This document shows, piece by piece, positions 14,295-29,079 of a stretch of 64,000 nt of DNA; position 1 is the first letter of the stretch, and each line of letters begins with the position of its first letter. A model generated the notes under the pieces. It was not told the origin of the DNA. It was given only the letters and a program-made list of their open reading frames with translations, and did not search any database. The position numbers were made by a program, and so were the translations under genes. Origin of the DNA: Eledone cirrhosa (Eukaryota); contig OZ024743.1 of assembly GCA_964016885.1 (NCBI GenBank), positions 43,772,001 to 43,836,000 on the forward strand, in the 5' to 3' direction.

Positions 14295-16550
14295 CATACT
14301 TGGGGAGGGTCATATTTGTGTTATAATATTGCCAGAATTAATAACAGAACACATTCACTGTTTGGTTGGTTTTCGCTTACGTGTCTTTTATATCGGTTAA
14401 TTTAATTTATTCAGTCTTCAATGTCACCATTGACTGATCAACGGTCAAAAATACAGATACGATATAGACACAAACACATATAGTCTATCAAAGTTCGTTC
14501 GTTGCACATCTGCAACATCGTCAGTGGTGCTATTATGTTTCCTCCCGATGCATTGTATGCTTACGCTATCTTTATTTAGTCTGATATTTATTTATTTGCT
14601 TGTTTATTATTTTGTCTTCTCTGCGCATGCGTTTGCGTGTGTGTATAGTGTTTTGTTTGATGTGTGTTATTGTTTGGGTGACTGTGTATTGGTTAATGTA
14701 TTGTATCGTAGTTTACTAGTGTGTGTTTATATGTGTTTGTTGTCATTGTGCTTGTGTATTTATTTATTTATTTATTTATACTTCTCTTACGTCAGTGTTG
14801 TTTGTTTGGCTGTTGTTGTTATTCCATTTATTTTTTCTGTTTAGCCTTGGCCTTCTAAGTTCTATTTCGCTGGCCTCTCTGATTTGCCTATCTGCTGGGT
14901 CATTTCTATGTTTAGATATTATTCTAACTTCTATGTTGTCTATGTTATGGTTGTGTTGTTGTCTGAACCGTTTTTTCGTCCTTTTAGTTCCCCCCAGTGT
15001 TGGTCTATCCTTTCCCCTATACTACGAGCTGTCTCACCTCTGTATGTTGTTGTCATGTTTCTGCATGTACCCTCTGTACATCTTATGCTATAGACTAAGT
15101 TTCTAGTTTTACAGTTTATCCAGGGGTTTACTCTACATATGATACATTTCCTATTAGTACAGTGGGTTTTCTTAAAAGGGTAGGTTTTGCTGATCAGGGA
15201 TTTTATGGTGGTTCCTGGCTTTCTACCACCTTAATCTTTAAGTGAGTCTTTCTCAGGGCCTTTCTGCACTGGTTAGATAGTTTCCCTCCAGGGATAGCGT
15301 CTACAAACATGACGCTCTGGTATCTCTGGTTGTCATACCATGAGGTGGCTTTCCCTATCTTATGTCTAGTCCTCTCTAAGCTATTCCATGATTTGCTCCT
15401 GTAAAATGGGCAAATTCCTTTCATGTCCCGTTCTATGAGGGTCTTATACTTCTCTGTGACTCCTTCGTATACACTGATTCTGTCTCTTTGGTTGTAGATA
15501 GAGAACTGCATGCGGTTGATGAAGTGTTGGATGTGTCTTTCCATTTCTGTTGGGTCGCACATGCGGGACACGTCCTGATCACTCGTACCAAGTCTGCGAT
15601 CGGAATATTAAACTCAGCACTACTGGACATTGCTGAGTTTTTGAGTATTAGGTATTTGGAGGCCATGAGTTTAGCATAGTGTGAGTGGAGAAGGGTAGTC
15701 GATAGTTCCATTTATACTCTGATGTATGGAATTAGCTATCTGCTGGATCTGTTTTCCATTGTGCTACGTTCTAAATCAAACTTAGTAGTGCTCTCTTGTG
15801 GGGATGTCGTCTACGTAAGGAGAGTACATGATGAGGTCTATGGAGCACTCATCAGGGAGATCTTTGAGTCTCCTTTCCCACCATACCATAAAAAGGTTGG
15901 CAACGTCACCAGCTATGCTGACGCCAATGGCTGCCCCCTTATTTTGGGTGTAGATCATCTCGTTGAACTTGAATATGTGGCCATTTAGGGTAGTTTGGAT
16001 ACTAGCCCCTTTTGCATGTGCGACTATTTTTCTTACCTCATCATTATTTTTTTTTTTTGGGGGGGGGGGGGCGTATAGCTTTGGTCCACCAATCCATCTT
16101 CCCATGGGAGTCTTTTTTGCCATTGAGGTTATGGTAGGGGTCTACCTCTTATGGGTCTATTGTGGCAGAAACGTCTAAGGTCATGGCTGTCTAGGTAGTC
16201 AGTGTCGTAGGTAAGTCTAAGTAGGATCCTAGTTCGTTGTGTCGACATCGCAGAACTTCACCTCCCTCTCAATGATCATCTTCACACATTTGGCCACAGA
16301 AAAACCAATGTTAATGGATGGGTACAGTGATACCACATCCATACTGCCTATTATGCAGTTGGATAGGTTCCTCTTTTTGTTGCACTCACTGATTCTGCTG
16401 AGGAGGTCCTCTGCACTGTCACATACATCTGGGGACATCTTCATTATGTGTTCTGTTATTAATTCTGGCTATATTTTTACACAAATATGACCCTCTCCAA
16501 GAATAACAATATTTTTTTCGACACACGATTTCATATCAAAAACCTCGCAA

Positions 16551-16555
<5 letters not shown>
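14291..16555 (-). mobile_element. Penelope-like element 2 (related to PLE1, more decayed), 5'-truncated with short inverted 3' tail 16450-16555, in (TA)n
   Basis: ORF fragments GSMDVVSLYPSI, QNKGAAIG, YVDD, ADLVRV; terminal gggagggtcat motif shared with PLE1; decayed HHR at 14487-14528 (-): CTGACGA-t-GTTGCA gatg TGCAAC-GAAC. Confidence 0.9.
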
Positions 16556-16644
<89 letters not shown>

Positions 16645-17008
16645 AATTAGTATATCTACCAACATATATATACAGATGTATACCTATGCTAGCAAATATA
16701 TAGGTTTTGTCGATGTCACGTGATTGATTCTTTTGAATTCGCTACCGACTAAGTAGGCAGTGATTTTTTCAGTGTCCTGGAATCTAGTCCTCGCTTGCTT
16801 TTTTCCATCCACTGAATTATTTTTGTATAAGTTCCCTGTGTCCACGCTTTGCCTGGGAACTTAGCTGAGAACAGATCTCCCTGATGACGAAAGGATATTT
16901 CTCCATGTTGTTCCATCGGAAACCATGTTTATTCCCTTTCAGAAACTAATTAGTTGGAGTGAAATTTTAGTAAGTAAGTAAATTTTTACAATTTTCTTAT
17001 GTTACGTC

Positions 17009-17062
<54 letters not shown>

Positions 17063-17109
17063 GCACACACACACATATCTATAAATAACCTAGCGTCATA
17101 CCCATATAG

Positions 17110-17265
<156 letters not shown>

Positions 17266-17466
17266 GTATAACGCTAGGTTGGTGCATTAATAATACTTTT
17301 TAATTTAAGCCTCGCCGGTTAATGCTCCGTATGCAATGTCGTCGAGAATCAGTATGCAGGAGTTTGACGATACATATTAATTTAACCTAATAATGAATAC
17401 TTTGATAATCCAAAACGGAGAAAGTAAGTTTTGCTGAAGATCAATGTTCGTAATGTTATAAAGATA

Positions 17467-17635
17467 ATTGTTTCTATTTTAGGCACAAGGCCAGCAATTA
17501 TCCAGTACATTACTGGTTCTTTATTTTGTCGACCCCGTAACCATGAAAGGCAAAGTCAACCTCGGCGGGATTTGAACTCAGATCGTAAAGGGATGTAACT
17601 ATGCTGGAAAGTTGGCGTCCGACCCTCTACCGATA
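17467..17635 (-). mobile_element. tRNA-derived SINE
   Basis: Reverse complement of gagttcaaatcccgccgaggttgactttgcctttcat...gggtcgacaaaataaag..ccag. Confidence 0.85.
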
Positions 17636-17694
17636 AAGATAATGTATATCTATACCAGATGCGCTTTTCAAACCTTTTTTTTTAAATAACTTTA

Positions 17695-17760
<66 letters not shown>

Positions 17761-17994
17761 GGTGTATGTGTGTGTGTGTGTGTGTGTGTGTCTGTGTGTG
17801 TGTGTTTGTGTAAATGCATATATTATTGTATTAACGGATAAATCCCTCCATCTCTAGTACATATTAAATGCTCTGAGGTGTTATATATAGCATCAGCAAA
17901 AGCAAGAAGAAGTGACCGACCACGTTGTTTTTCTCTTGTTGGCTGTTGTCAAGGTTACATTTCCACCCAGTTTCCAATGAGACAATAATAAGCT

Positions 17995-18822
17995 GGAATC
18001 GTCTAGATTTCACTCTTATATATTAACCCTATTTGCATACGAAGCAGTAGACAGTCAATCATAAACTAAGAATTAGAATTAGTATTCCCAGCTTGGCTTG
18101 AAATTAAGTCCTCCTTCTTGCACTTGCGGTACAAGCAAGCACGAAGAATCGCTGCAGAGACCATAACGTCGTCCAAATTTAAAGGGAGGATTTTCGGGTT
18201 AAGCTGGAAACCGACTTCAGATCAGTAAATAATCTGTTGTGGCAGACCATCTAACAACTTTATAACAAAAAGCGCACCTCCACACCTGCTATTAGGAACG
18301 TTTCTGCAATTCTCCTCTCTTCAGAGAGGTGCATCCTCCCGACTTGGAGAGAAGACTTTGCTGATCTCCTAACCCCTCTTAAACACAACAGCATCCTAAG
18401 ATGTATTTAAAGTACATCTGGGAGCCGTGACTAATCTCTCGGAGGTTGGGGTCACAAGAGAAGTTAAAGAGCTCAAATGTGTTAAGACCACTCGACAAGA
18501 TGTAATCCGACTCGAGATGTTAAAAGCCCTGAATAGGGTAGGTGTTCTCTGCTGACACGTGAGTGTTGGGTGGCCTGGATCTCGGGAAAGGCACCAAAGC
18601 AATAGCAATCGGGAGTCATAATCCCAATACAAAGGGATCTCAATGTTTAGCACCCTCTTCTTCCGGTAAAGTCGATGCTAAGTGTCTGGCAAAGACATCA
18701 GCTGAACAGAGTGGTTTTCGCGCTGGGCGTAGCACAGCCGACCAAATATTCACCATGCCGCAAGTCTTCGAGAAATTATAAGAGTAATACCAATGGGTAT
18801 ATTCTTGTTTTGTCGACCTTGA
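17995..18822 (+). mobile_element. RTE-like LINE internal fragment
   Basis: AEQSGFRAGRSTADQIFT..QVFEK...CFVDLE (RT N-terminal motifs). Confidence 0.75.
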
Positions 18823-18907
18823 AAGGGAGAGTGTTTCCATTTTCCTACGAATTCCAATACACTCGCATTTAAAAAGTCGATATCCGGGTTAATTTTCCTT
18901 ATATACT

Positions 18908-18984
<77 letters not shown>

Positions 18985-19009
18985 TAAATATATATATACT
19001 ATATATATA

Positions 19010-19410
19010 TATGAATATATATATAGTATATTTTGAAATACAATGTCTGCTTAATTAAAAGTCTTTTGAAGACCTTCCGCTAGTGTTTTAAAGTAGTTAC
19101 TATGTCACTTACTTCTATTTTCAGCAAACAAGGGGAGATAAGCTGACATACCTCTGTTTCGTACTGTTTGTACTTATCAAAGCCTTGCACTCCTGCTGAT
19201 TGCTGAAAATTATGAAAGGAGGAGTGCTAGCCTTTGATAAGTACCAACAGTAGGAAACAGAGCTCTGTCAGCTTATCTCCCCTTGTTTGCTGAAAATAGA
19301 AGTAAGTGATATAGTCACTACTTTAAAACAATAGCGTAAGGTCTTCAAAATGCTTTTAATTAAGCATACAATGTATTGCAAAATACACTATATATACATT
19401 CATATATATA
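19010..19410. mobile_element. Inverted-repeat mini-element with decayed HHR in both arms
   Basis: Arms ~19010-19195 and ~19220-19410; + arm 19230-19273 reads TTGATAA-GTAC caaca GTAG-GAAA-CAGAGCTCTG-TC|agct; the other arm has stem II GTAC/GTAC. Confidence 0.75.
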
Positions 19411-19675
19411 TCGCTATTTCAGAGCACCAATTATAATTTTCAATTTTTGCTGCACCGGCAAACGCTCTGTATAATCAGTTCCTGACTATTACTGGAATGC
19501 TATAAGAATCCAGCATTCATAATTTTCAGTAAACAGGAGGATTGATAGGCTTTGATAAGTACAAACATATTTCGCAATAACATTCTGGAATGTGGAAGCA
19601 GCCCGTTGACTGCGACAGACGACTTCCATCTCTCTCTCTCTTTCTCTATCTCTCTTTATCCCCGTCTTTCTCTCA

Positions 19676-19717
<42 letters not shown>

Positions 19718-19756
19718 TTTATACATATACATATATTTATACACACATAAACACAC

Positions 19757-19797
<41 letters not shown>

Positions 19798-19802
<5 letters not shown>

Positions 19803-20150
19803 ACGTACATACATATATGTATACAGACATACAGTAGTATGTATATATATACATACATGCACACATATATATATGCACGTATCGGTTTACCGAACATTTA
19901 TTATAATGCTCGGTTTGTTTGTTTGTAAACAAAGAAACAGCCCGAATTACGCCGCACAATGTAATAAATGTTCGGTAAACCGATACGTGCATATATATAT
20001 GTGTGCATGTACGTATATATATACATACTACTGTATGTCTGTATACATATATGTATGTACGTATACATACATACATACATACATACATACTTACATTTAA
20101 GTAAGTGCCGTACTAAGAGTGAGAAATGAAATTTCGCTTCATTCTATTCC
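19798..20150. mobile_element. Inverted partial copy of the 39-42 kb repeat unit (HHR portion missing)
   Basis: Shares tacttacatttaagtaagtgccgtactaagagtgagaaatgaaatttcg; fold-back structure; further partial copies at 56803-57012 and 60114-60323. Confidence 0.8.
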
Positions 20151-21314
20151 ATATATATATAACAAGAGAGAGTAAAATAGGCGGGAAAGAGATGATCGGA
20201 GATACGTAAGAAGACATAGAGTGAGCGAGAAAAAGAGAATGTCAGAGAAAGTTTGGGGTTATATGAAGATACACAAATCATACTGAAATTGGAAATGCAG
20301 AAAGATAATTCATCTACAGCTTCTGATTACATTGCATTTTCTATTGTTTTAACACATAACAAGCTAAAATATCGTCAGCAACTTTAAGACAATGTCATCG
20401 TTTCCTTGGTGGTCATAGGAAGAATATCCATTAGCATCCTGCTTTCTAGTGCCTCTACATGTCGAAAGATGTCTCGTACTTTAAGATTAATACAATATAA
20501 TGGTATTCTTCACGTCAACAATTGCTTACAATAGATATATATAGTGTTATTCAATATATTTCCTTGATACATTCAAGATCATTTGTAGCCAGGAAATGTC
20601 AACTCTTCCACATTTATCAAAATATTACCGTAAAAAATAATCTCTTTACTGTTAACTATGTAACACATTGTACAGTAGAGACACACACGCACACACTTAA
20701 AGATGTGATTGTATATACTAGTATAGTACCCGAAAAAAGGACAGTATGTTTCGTAAAAAATAATTTGAAAATATGCTTGAGTACATTAGTTTCCTTGATA
20801 CCCTTCCTATTATAACTGCATCTATTGAAATTCCAACAACCTTTAATTCTGCAAACAATATGTACATTTCAGTGGTCAACTTACATAGGAACATGGTGAA
20901 ATCATGTGTATATTGCATAATGCTTATATACAAAGTTATTGTATATAATCGAAGGCGGTCAGACCATCTGACAACAACGGATGCGCATGATCGCCTTCGA
21001 TTAAAAAAGAAAACACATTTTATTCTTCTCTGCTTTTCCCCCTTAAAGCCTCTTGGAATGTTTTTACCATCATTCCTTTGGTATATAATTAATATGCAAT
21101 ATACTGATAATGTCACCAGGTTGCTACTTAAACTGGCCAGTGAAATGATCAGCTTCCTGACATTTTATTCTATAATATTTAACTCCGGTCCTGTACCACC
21201 GAGAGAATACAACATCAAAGATGTTTGAGTTACGTAACATCGCGTGCTTTCCTGCTTTTACATCATTATTAATGTTGCAGAATGATCAGTTCTACCTAGT
21301 GCTGAACCATCTAA

Positions 21315-21350
<36 letters not shown>

Positions 21351-21532
21351 GTGTGTGTGCGTGTGTGTGTGTGTGCGTGTGTAGGTGGGTGCGTGTGTGT
21401 GTGTGTGTGTAAAATCCGGGGAGATATATCCGAAGTTGGAAGAGCACTCAGTCCAAAGGACGAGTTCTGTGTAGAGTTAGTTCCACAACCATTTTGGTTT
21501 GCTAATTTGCTGCAGAAGTAACTCCCTATCTC

Positions 21533-21615
<83 letters not shown>

Positions 21616-21972
21616 GTGTGTGTGTATGTGCGTGTGTCTGTGTGTGTGTATGTATGTATATATGAATATATATGTGTTTTGTAGTTTGCTTGAAACATTG
21701 TGGTATATGAGATGAAAACACAAATAATAAATACGTTTGCTTTTCAGAAGCCTGACAGTGCGTGTTTGGAAAGAAAAAGAACACAATTAAGTACAGTAAA
21801 AGTATGAAGACGATAGGACTTTTCCTTAGCAATTTTTAATGATCCCATTTATTTTCGGATTTGCCATCCATTATCGAGGGGAGTCCGTAGGGTGGACATC
21901 ACAGAGAAACCTTAGACATGCTGTGGTATTCCACTGAATCTTAGTTATAACTAGTCATTCTACTGAAGTGAA

Positions 21973-22115
21973 GGCGCATGGCTTAGTGTTTAGAGCATTG
22001 GGCTTGTAATCGAAAGGTTGTGAGTTCAATTCTCGGACCGGGTGATGTGTTGTTTCCTTGCGCAAGACACTTTATTTCATGTTATTACTCCAGTTTACTC
22101 AGCTGTAGAAATGAG
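21973..22115 (+). mobile_element. tRNA-derived CORE-type SINE
   Basis: A box tggcttagtgttt, B box gagttcaattc, CORE-like ccttgcgcaagacacttt. Confidence 0.7.
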
Positions 22116-24322
22116 ATGATATGACTGGGGTGTCTATCATTAAATTATCCAAGACACCTCCAACGAGATATACATTGGAGGTTGCCAGCTAAACCTGTAT
22201 AGGTGTGAGCTGTCACACACACACACACACATTCTACTGAAGTAACAAAAACAATGAGTTGTCACTCGCTGGTTATACCAGACAATTTGACATCCTTTAA
22301 ATAAATAACTTCAAATACTCACGTGACATTCCAAATATATCGCTATAACAAAACTCTGTGTAACAAATACCTTCTCAGGAGATATTCAAATGCCCAGCTT
22401 TCTCTGAATATACATTTATTGATGTTACATTTTGTATATATCATATCGTATAACGATCGCGCTATGGGGATTGACTAAACAAAATGTTATTGCATCTAAA
22501 TTACATTGCTATTTAATATCATATTATAAAGACTTAAAATATATTGCATTTTGTGTGAATCTATCATACAAACTCAACCTACATTAAATATGTAACAGAA
22601 CCCACGTGGCTATCAATAAATAGATAAACTATATTATTATAATTCAGCGAGATATGAGATGTAATATAGCATATATTTGGATGAGAATGTCCACGGCAGA
22701 ACTCGAATCACAAAAGACTACATACGTGTGCCTGCCTGCGTCTTGCTTTCTATAAATTATATGTATTGGATAAGTTGCAATATATGTTTGATCACTGTCA
22801 TATCACACGATATATGTTCCATTTGTTCGGACAATAGAATAACGGTATAGTTTGTATTGATCATGCATGTGGCTGATCATTCAGCAAACAAATGTACAAT
22901 TAACGTAGTTCTGAGAAGTATTCAGCGTGGCATAATTACTAGAGAGTTATTGTATCTATCGGTAGAAGTTTAGCACGATAATTTCCCTACTCTAGAAGTC
23001 TAGGATAAACAATATTTTGTAAATGGCAGTCTTGACATTTATTAATATATATTTTATCAAGAATCGTAACATGTCCTTCAAATCTTCAGATTGTTAGGAT
23101 GAATGTTGTTCTTATTTCTTGTATATCAGTTAACCACGTTGAGACTAATTCATTTTAAATGGAACGCTGACGTCGAAGCTTATTAGTAAGTCTTGCTGTA
23201 TATCAAAGCACGTCAGTAGATCTTGTTATTAGATATTTTCTTTAGGGATTATTTAATAAGTCATTTGTGTTTCGTAATAATTCATTTATATTCTTCTACA
23301 CTTCCAAATATTGCACTGGATGATATTTGGTTCTCAATACAATCACATTTATCATGGCCTTTTCTCTCATACGTTCAGAATATTAATTCTATAGAGAGGT
23401 TTTTTGTTCCTCCCCACGATAAAACATGTCCGTTATGGATCTAAGCACATACATTTATATCATTAACTCTTTCACAGATATATTTTTCTATAGAAATACG
23501 CTAAGCCTGAGCTTTGTTTTAATTGTTCTAATGTTCAAGATAAACACGAATTCTGGTAAAAAATTATTTTAAGTTGAAATCCACACGAAGCTGAAATTTA
23601 TAACCTTACTTAACAAAAGTTATGACGTAAAATGTCGTCGAAGCTGTATTTTGACTTAAATCACTATACTGTAATAGAAATGGATGGATATTTTACTTTA
23701 TTTTATTTTACTTTTTTTTAATTTTATCAAAGCACATTAATGGTTTCAAACGGACGGATACAATTGCGCCAACATTTTGAATAAAGTTGAATATTACGAT
23801 ATTATAACTTTAAAAAAAAGGTAATTCCTGTCTACGGTTTTAGACGCAGACGTGCTTATTTATATGAGCTTTCTCCTCCAATAGTACATATTCTCTGATT
23901 TATAAATATTTTGTGACAAACTTTCATCAAATTTATGGCATTTTCTACAAAAGATTAAAAAAACAATACCAGTCCAAAGAACTGTATCTTTAAAGTTTCA
24001 GAGATATGAACACCTGAATTTTATATTCATGACCAGTTGGTTCGGACATGGGAATCATTGAAACCATTGTTTTCTTTCTCTACACGAACAGAACATTGAT
24101 TAGTTGCTTTTGTCTGGCGTAGACAGAATGTTAATCACACAGGTACTGTTTCCACTCCATACTTACTGTAGCGTGTCATACTCCCTAATTTACTCATGTT
24201 TACTCCTGAAATCCTGATTCAGGGATATTGCAGTGCTTATGCGAGATGGACAACCATAAACACTTAGTAATAATAATAATTAAAAAAGAAATATTAATAA
24301 TTTTCATTATTAGCATTATTTA

Positions 24323-24747
24323 GGGCGGTGGATTGGCAGTATCGGTAGTGTGTCGGACGCCATGCTTTGACGTATAGAGTTACGGCTCTTGTCATTCTGA
24401 GTTCAAATCCCACCGAGGTTAACTTTGCCTTTCATCCTACGGGGTCGATAAAATAATATACCAGTAATGCACTGGTTAATTGCTTGCCTTGTGCCAAAGG
24501 TAGAAACAATTATTAGCAGTATTATTAGTGTGGTGAATTGGGTGTATCGGTAGAGTGTCCAACAACATGCTTTATGGTGTAGAGATACGCTGCTTTACAA
24601 TCTGAATTCAAATCCTCCCAAGGTTATCTTTGCCTTACATCCTTATGGTTTCGATCAAATAAAGTATCAGTCACGCACTGAGGTTCATTGAATCCACTTT
24701 CCTCTCCTCACAAATTATTGGCCCTGTGCCTATATAAGAAACCTTTA
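24323..24747 (+). mobile_element. Two tandem tRNA-derived SINEs
   Basis: ggcggtggattggcagtatcggtag...gagttcaaatccc..gaggttaactttgcctttcatcct..ggggtcgataaa. Confidence 0.85.
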
Positions 24748-26181
24748 TCTATACATATATATAAAACTGAAATTGCCTGTGTGTGTCCTAATTTTTGCAA
24801 AGTCTATACAAATCCAGATTTCTACTCCGATTGACTTCAAACTTGCATTGATGTATTCCTTGCGGTCTAAAGATATTAACTGCAGCATTTAATTTTCAAT
24901 TTTCGGTTGTTAAAGGGGTGTTAGGCGATTATCGATCTCTCTCTTTCTTAGTCTGTCTTTTTAGATAGATACATAGCTATAACGTCGCACCCTTATAATA
25001 TTTGTATGTATGTCTGATGTCTGCATTACGACATTATGACAATAATTGTTCTCATTGCTGACGTATTATCTTCTCTATTTTCCGTTCATTGCCAGGGAAC
25101 GTCTTCACGAGCCAAAGTATCGTCTTCCTGTTTTCCTTCGGTAGCAACATATTTTCAAAATATTTACTTCTACGTTCACAGATTGATTTCTTTTAGTTTC
25201 TGAAGATCCGTAATGGGCGAAAGCAGCGATATTTGTTTAAACTTTAATCTGTTATTTTAATATATATATATAATTATATATTCGTCTACAGATATTTTTG
25301 CATACACAAAAACAAAATATAAACAAACTTATTTATTTCGCGAAAGCACAGACGGCTTATCGTCATTGTTGCTGCCGATATGCCACCCAAAAAGTTCTAC
25401 TACTTTTGGCACAAAGCCAGCAATTACATAGTCAATGGTTTGGAAATCACATGCATCACTGACGAGTTTGCTCCTTACTCTACCAGTTAGTCTTCGTGCA
25501 CTCGTCCTGGTTTTAGGTCATGTCTCGAAAGAAGAGATACTCCATTGGCCGAAATACTGCGAAAGCGGCAAGAAAAAGAAGAAGGCGTCAAACGAATCGT
25601 CAGTGGAATCTGCTATTCGACGGTCGCAAGATGCTGAACGTAATGCCACCAGAAGAGCACTTGAAACAGACAACCAACGAACCATTCGCCGGACCATGTT
25701 AGCTTTGCAATGTCTATCAACAAATCCCAGGATCAGATCCTAGTTGTTGCTGGTCTTCTTTTGGAAGAGTCATGTTTTTCACACCGGCAACTATACGTTA
25801 GCTGCTCAAGAGTGGGGAGCAAGACAAATCTCTCATGGAAAAACAAGGAACATTGCGTACAAGGAGGTGCTACATTCATTGTTTAGGTAGACTAGGCAGA
25901 AGGGGATATATACGATAGGATGAAGAAGGACGAGACTGTGTTAGTAGTACGAGCAACGGCTGCAATCACACCAAGAGCAGCAAAAACAACAACACAAAAG
26001 AGAGGGAACGCAATTTATTGCTTTTGAAAAATCTTAATTGAAAATTATTTGCCTAAGCACAACATGTAGACACCATCCCCAGGCCGAGGTATTCCCTACT
26101 TCTCTGTACTATTTCAGAAAGTAAGGATAAACATGCTAATCTATATTAAGAAGACCTAGTAACGCCGCGCCATTCTGCTAG
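24748..26181 (+). mobile_element. Non-autonomous Helitron
   Basis: 5' a|TCtatacatatatataaaa; 3' decayed GC hairpin then cattctgCTAG|t; internal RRSQDAERNATRRALETDNQRTIRR resembles Helitron N-terminal STPR-like repeats. Confidence 0.7.
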
Positions 26182-26199
26182 TTATTATTATTATTATTA

Positions 26200-26566
26200 G
26201 GCGGTGGATTGGCAGTATCGGTAGAGGATCGGATGCCATGCTTTGAAGCATAGAGTTACCTCCCTGTATGATCTGAGTTCAAATCCCGCCGAGGTTAACT
26301 TTGCCTTTCATCCTTCCGGGGTCGATAGAATAAAGTACCAGTAATGCATTGGGTAATTGCTGGCCTTGTGCCAAAAGTAGAAACAATTATTATTATTATT
26401 AGGCAGAGAGTCGGACGCCATGCTTTCTAGCATAGTTACGTCCCTTTACGATCTGAGTTCAAATCCCGCCGAGGTTTACTTTGCCTTTCATCCTTACGGG
26501 GTCGATAAAATAAAGTACCAGTAATGTACTGGGTATTTGCTGGCCTTGTGCTAAAATGTAGAAACA

Positions 26567-26570
<4 letters not shown>
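26200..26570 (+). mobile_element. Two tandem tRNA-derived SINEs followed by (TTA)n/(TAG)n
   Basis: Same SINE consensus; tails agaaacaattattatt. Confidence 0.85.
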
Positions 26571-26649
<79 letters not shown>

Positions 26650-27606
26650 TAGTAGTAGTAGTGGCGAACGAATTGCTTTAGTATCCTGCCATGGGTACAC
26701 TTTACGTTCTTCATAAAATATATAACATTTCAGCACCGATATAAACCTCACCAGCAAAATATATTTCAGGATGTGTGATAATATTAAGCAAAATCTAAAT
26801 ACATTGATATTAACATTGTAATCATTGCTAGTGCTACTTTCTTATTCGTTTTCCTCACTGTCGTCGTTCCTCAAAACATTTTGTTTTTATTATTTGTGTT
26901 TCCATTCATGAACTAAAGAAATGCTTAGATATTTGTTTATGTTTAAATGTCTATGTAATATATGTATGTATTGGGACTTTGTGATTCGCATTTCATTCTT
27001 GGCATGCTCTTGAGCTTATCTATACAAAAGGTAATTTACAATGTATAATATATTTTGGTAATTCGAATATCATGCACAAGAAACAATAGATTTTTATCGT
27101 ATGAAATCACCATGGAAACTAATTCTCATATACCTAAGCACCTTTTAAGTTGAATGTTATATGTATATGGAAATTCAACAAGATTATTGCTGAATAAGTT
27201 TAAGTTGTTATCATAACCACATGAGATTACATTTTTTATTTCGCTTTTTCATATTAATATTGTTTTCATTTTACATCTTTGAATACCATTATTTCTGAGT
27301 ACATTGTTTGTACTTCCGTATCTTGCTACGCGTTCTCCATTCTAGGTTATTTTGTATCACGTTCTTTAAGGTAGATATATAACCAGCAGCGGACATTTTA
27401 ACATCCACGTCATTTAATCGACATTTTTCTATAGAAGTATTCATTCTAAATCGGATGTTCTCTGTTACTCTCACCGTCTCTAATTTCTTAAAATGAATAT
27501 ATTATATTCATATATATATGTTACATATATGTTATATATATGTTATATATATATACATATATATATATATAACATATATATAACATATATGTAACATATA
27601 TATATA

Positions 27607-27664
<58 letters not shown>

Positions 27665-27675
27665 ATATATATGTA

Positions 27676-27741
<66 letters not shown>

Positions 27742-28743
27742 TATATGTGTGTTTGTGTGGGTTCAGAGGGCGGTGGGTATATGTGGGTGCGTGTGTCACG
27801 CTGGGTATGGGTGTGCGTGTGTAGCGTGCATATGTGTAAGGAAATGGAAATCTGCATTCTATGCTGGGGATCTATTTATTGCTCACTCAGTCTAGTATAT
27901 AAGCGGTTGCGCATTCTGTCGACATGTTTACAATACATATTATCCTAAGGTAGAGCTGCTATGTTATAGTGCATCGCAAGCTAGTCCATTGAAGTAGTTC
28001 TACATACTATGACAGTGTTTCTTCCTTAATGTCTTCCTGTTTTCATAAAGTGTGACTTGAGACGACTGAAAGCTATGACGAAGAATGCTAGTCAAAATCG
28101 CCACACGTTACGTGCCACAAACACACGCAAACGCAAATGATGACACGAACGCGCTAGCACATAAATGCACATATATATGTGCACTAAACATTTTTTAATA
28201 GCGACTGTTTCGACGAATATTCTAGCGCTTCAACATAGTATCGGTCAGATAAAAAGTTGCTATGTGCATATCAATCTTCGTTTATCCAACAAACATTAAA
28301 CTACCAGATATATTTATTTCTACGTTGTTACGAGCCGTCTATCTTAGATTGTCGTTTTAGTTAAATCGATGAAAACACAGGTTGTCTAAAATCTGTAAGA
28401 TGTAATGTTTGTGAGGTCCCCCGCCGTCTATTTTATCCCTTTCTCATTCTTCCTATCGCTTCTGCAAGCTCACACACTTCTGGCCATTGATTTCTATCCT
28501 TTGAGGTAAATTTTGCCCAGCGCTACTATTGAGGGCATTTTGCTATTCGAACAGATCCCTTGCGCTAAGTTCTTCCTAGTACTTTATGAATTCAAATACA
28601 CTCGCGTTTTGAACTCTATATTCGCGATACATTTGTTCATATTTTACTTACCTATCGTAGCTTTCTATTTAGGACTGATACCATGCCTGAAGTTTGTTGG
28701 CCTTTATCTTTCCTCTTCGTTTCTTACACTTTCTTTCATTCTT

Positions 28744-28995
<252 letters not shown>

Positions 28996-29079
28996 CCTCT
29001 GTTTCATTGTTTCTCTCCGTCCCCGCTATTCTCTTCCTCTTACTTTTTTTTTTCTTTTTTCCTCCCTTCGCCTAGTTAT

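Noticed and set aside
20946-21003. DGLTAFDY ankyrin-like peptide
   Set aside because: It overlaps a 16-bp inverted repeat (taatcgaaggcggtca/tgatcgccttcgatta), so it may be coincidental; not counted as ankyrin evidence
21973-22045. tRNA gene
   Set aside because: No complete acceptor stem, and it continues into a CORE-like SINE body
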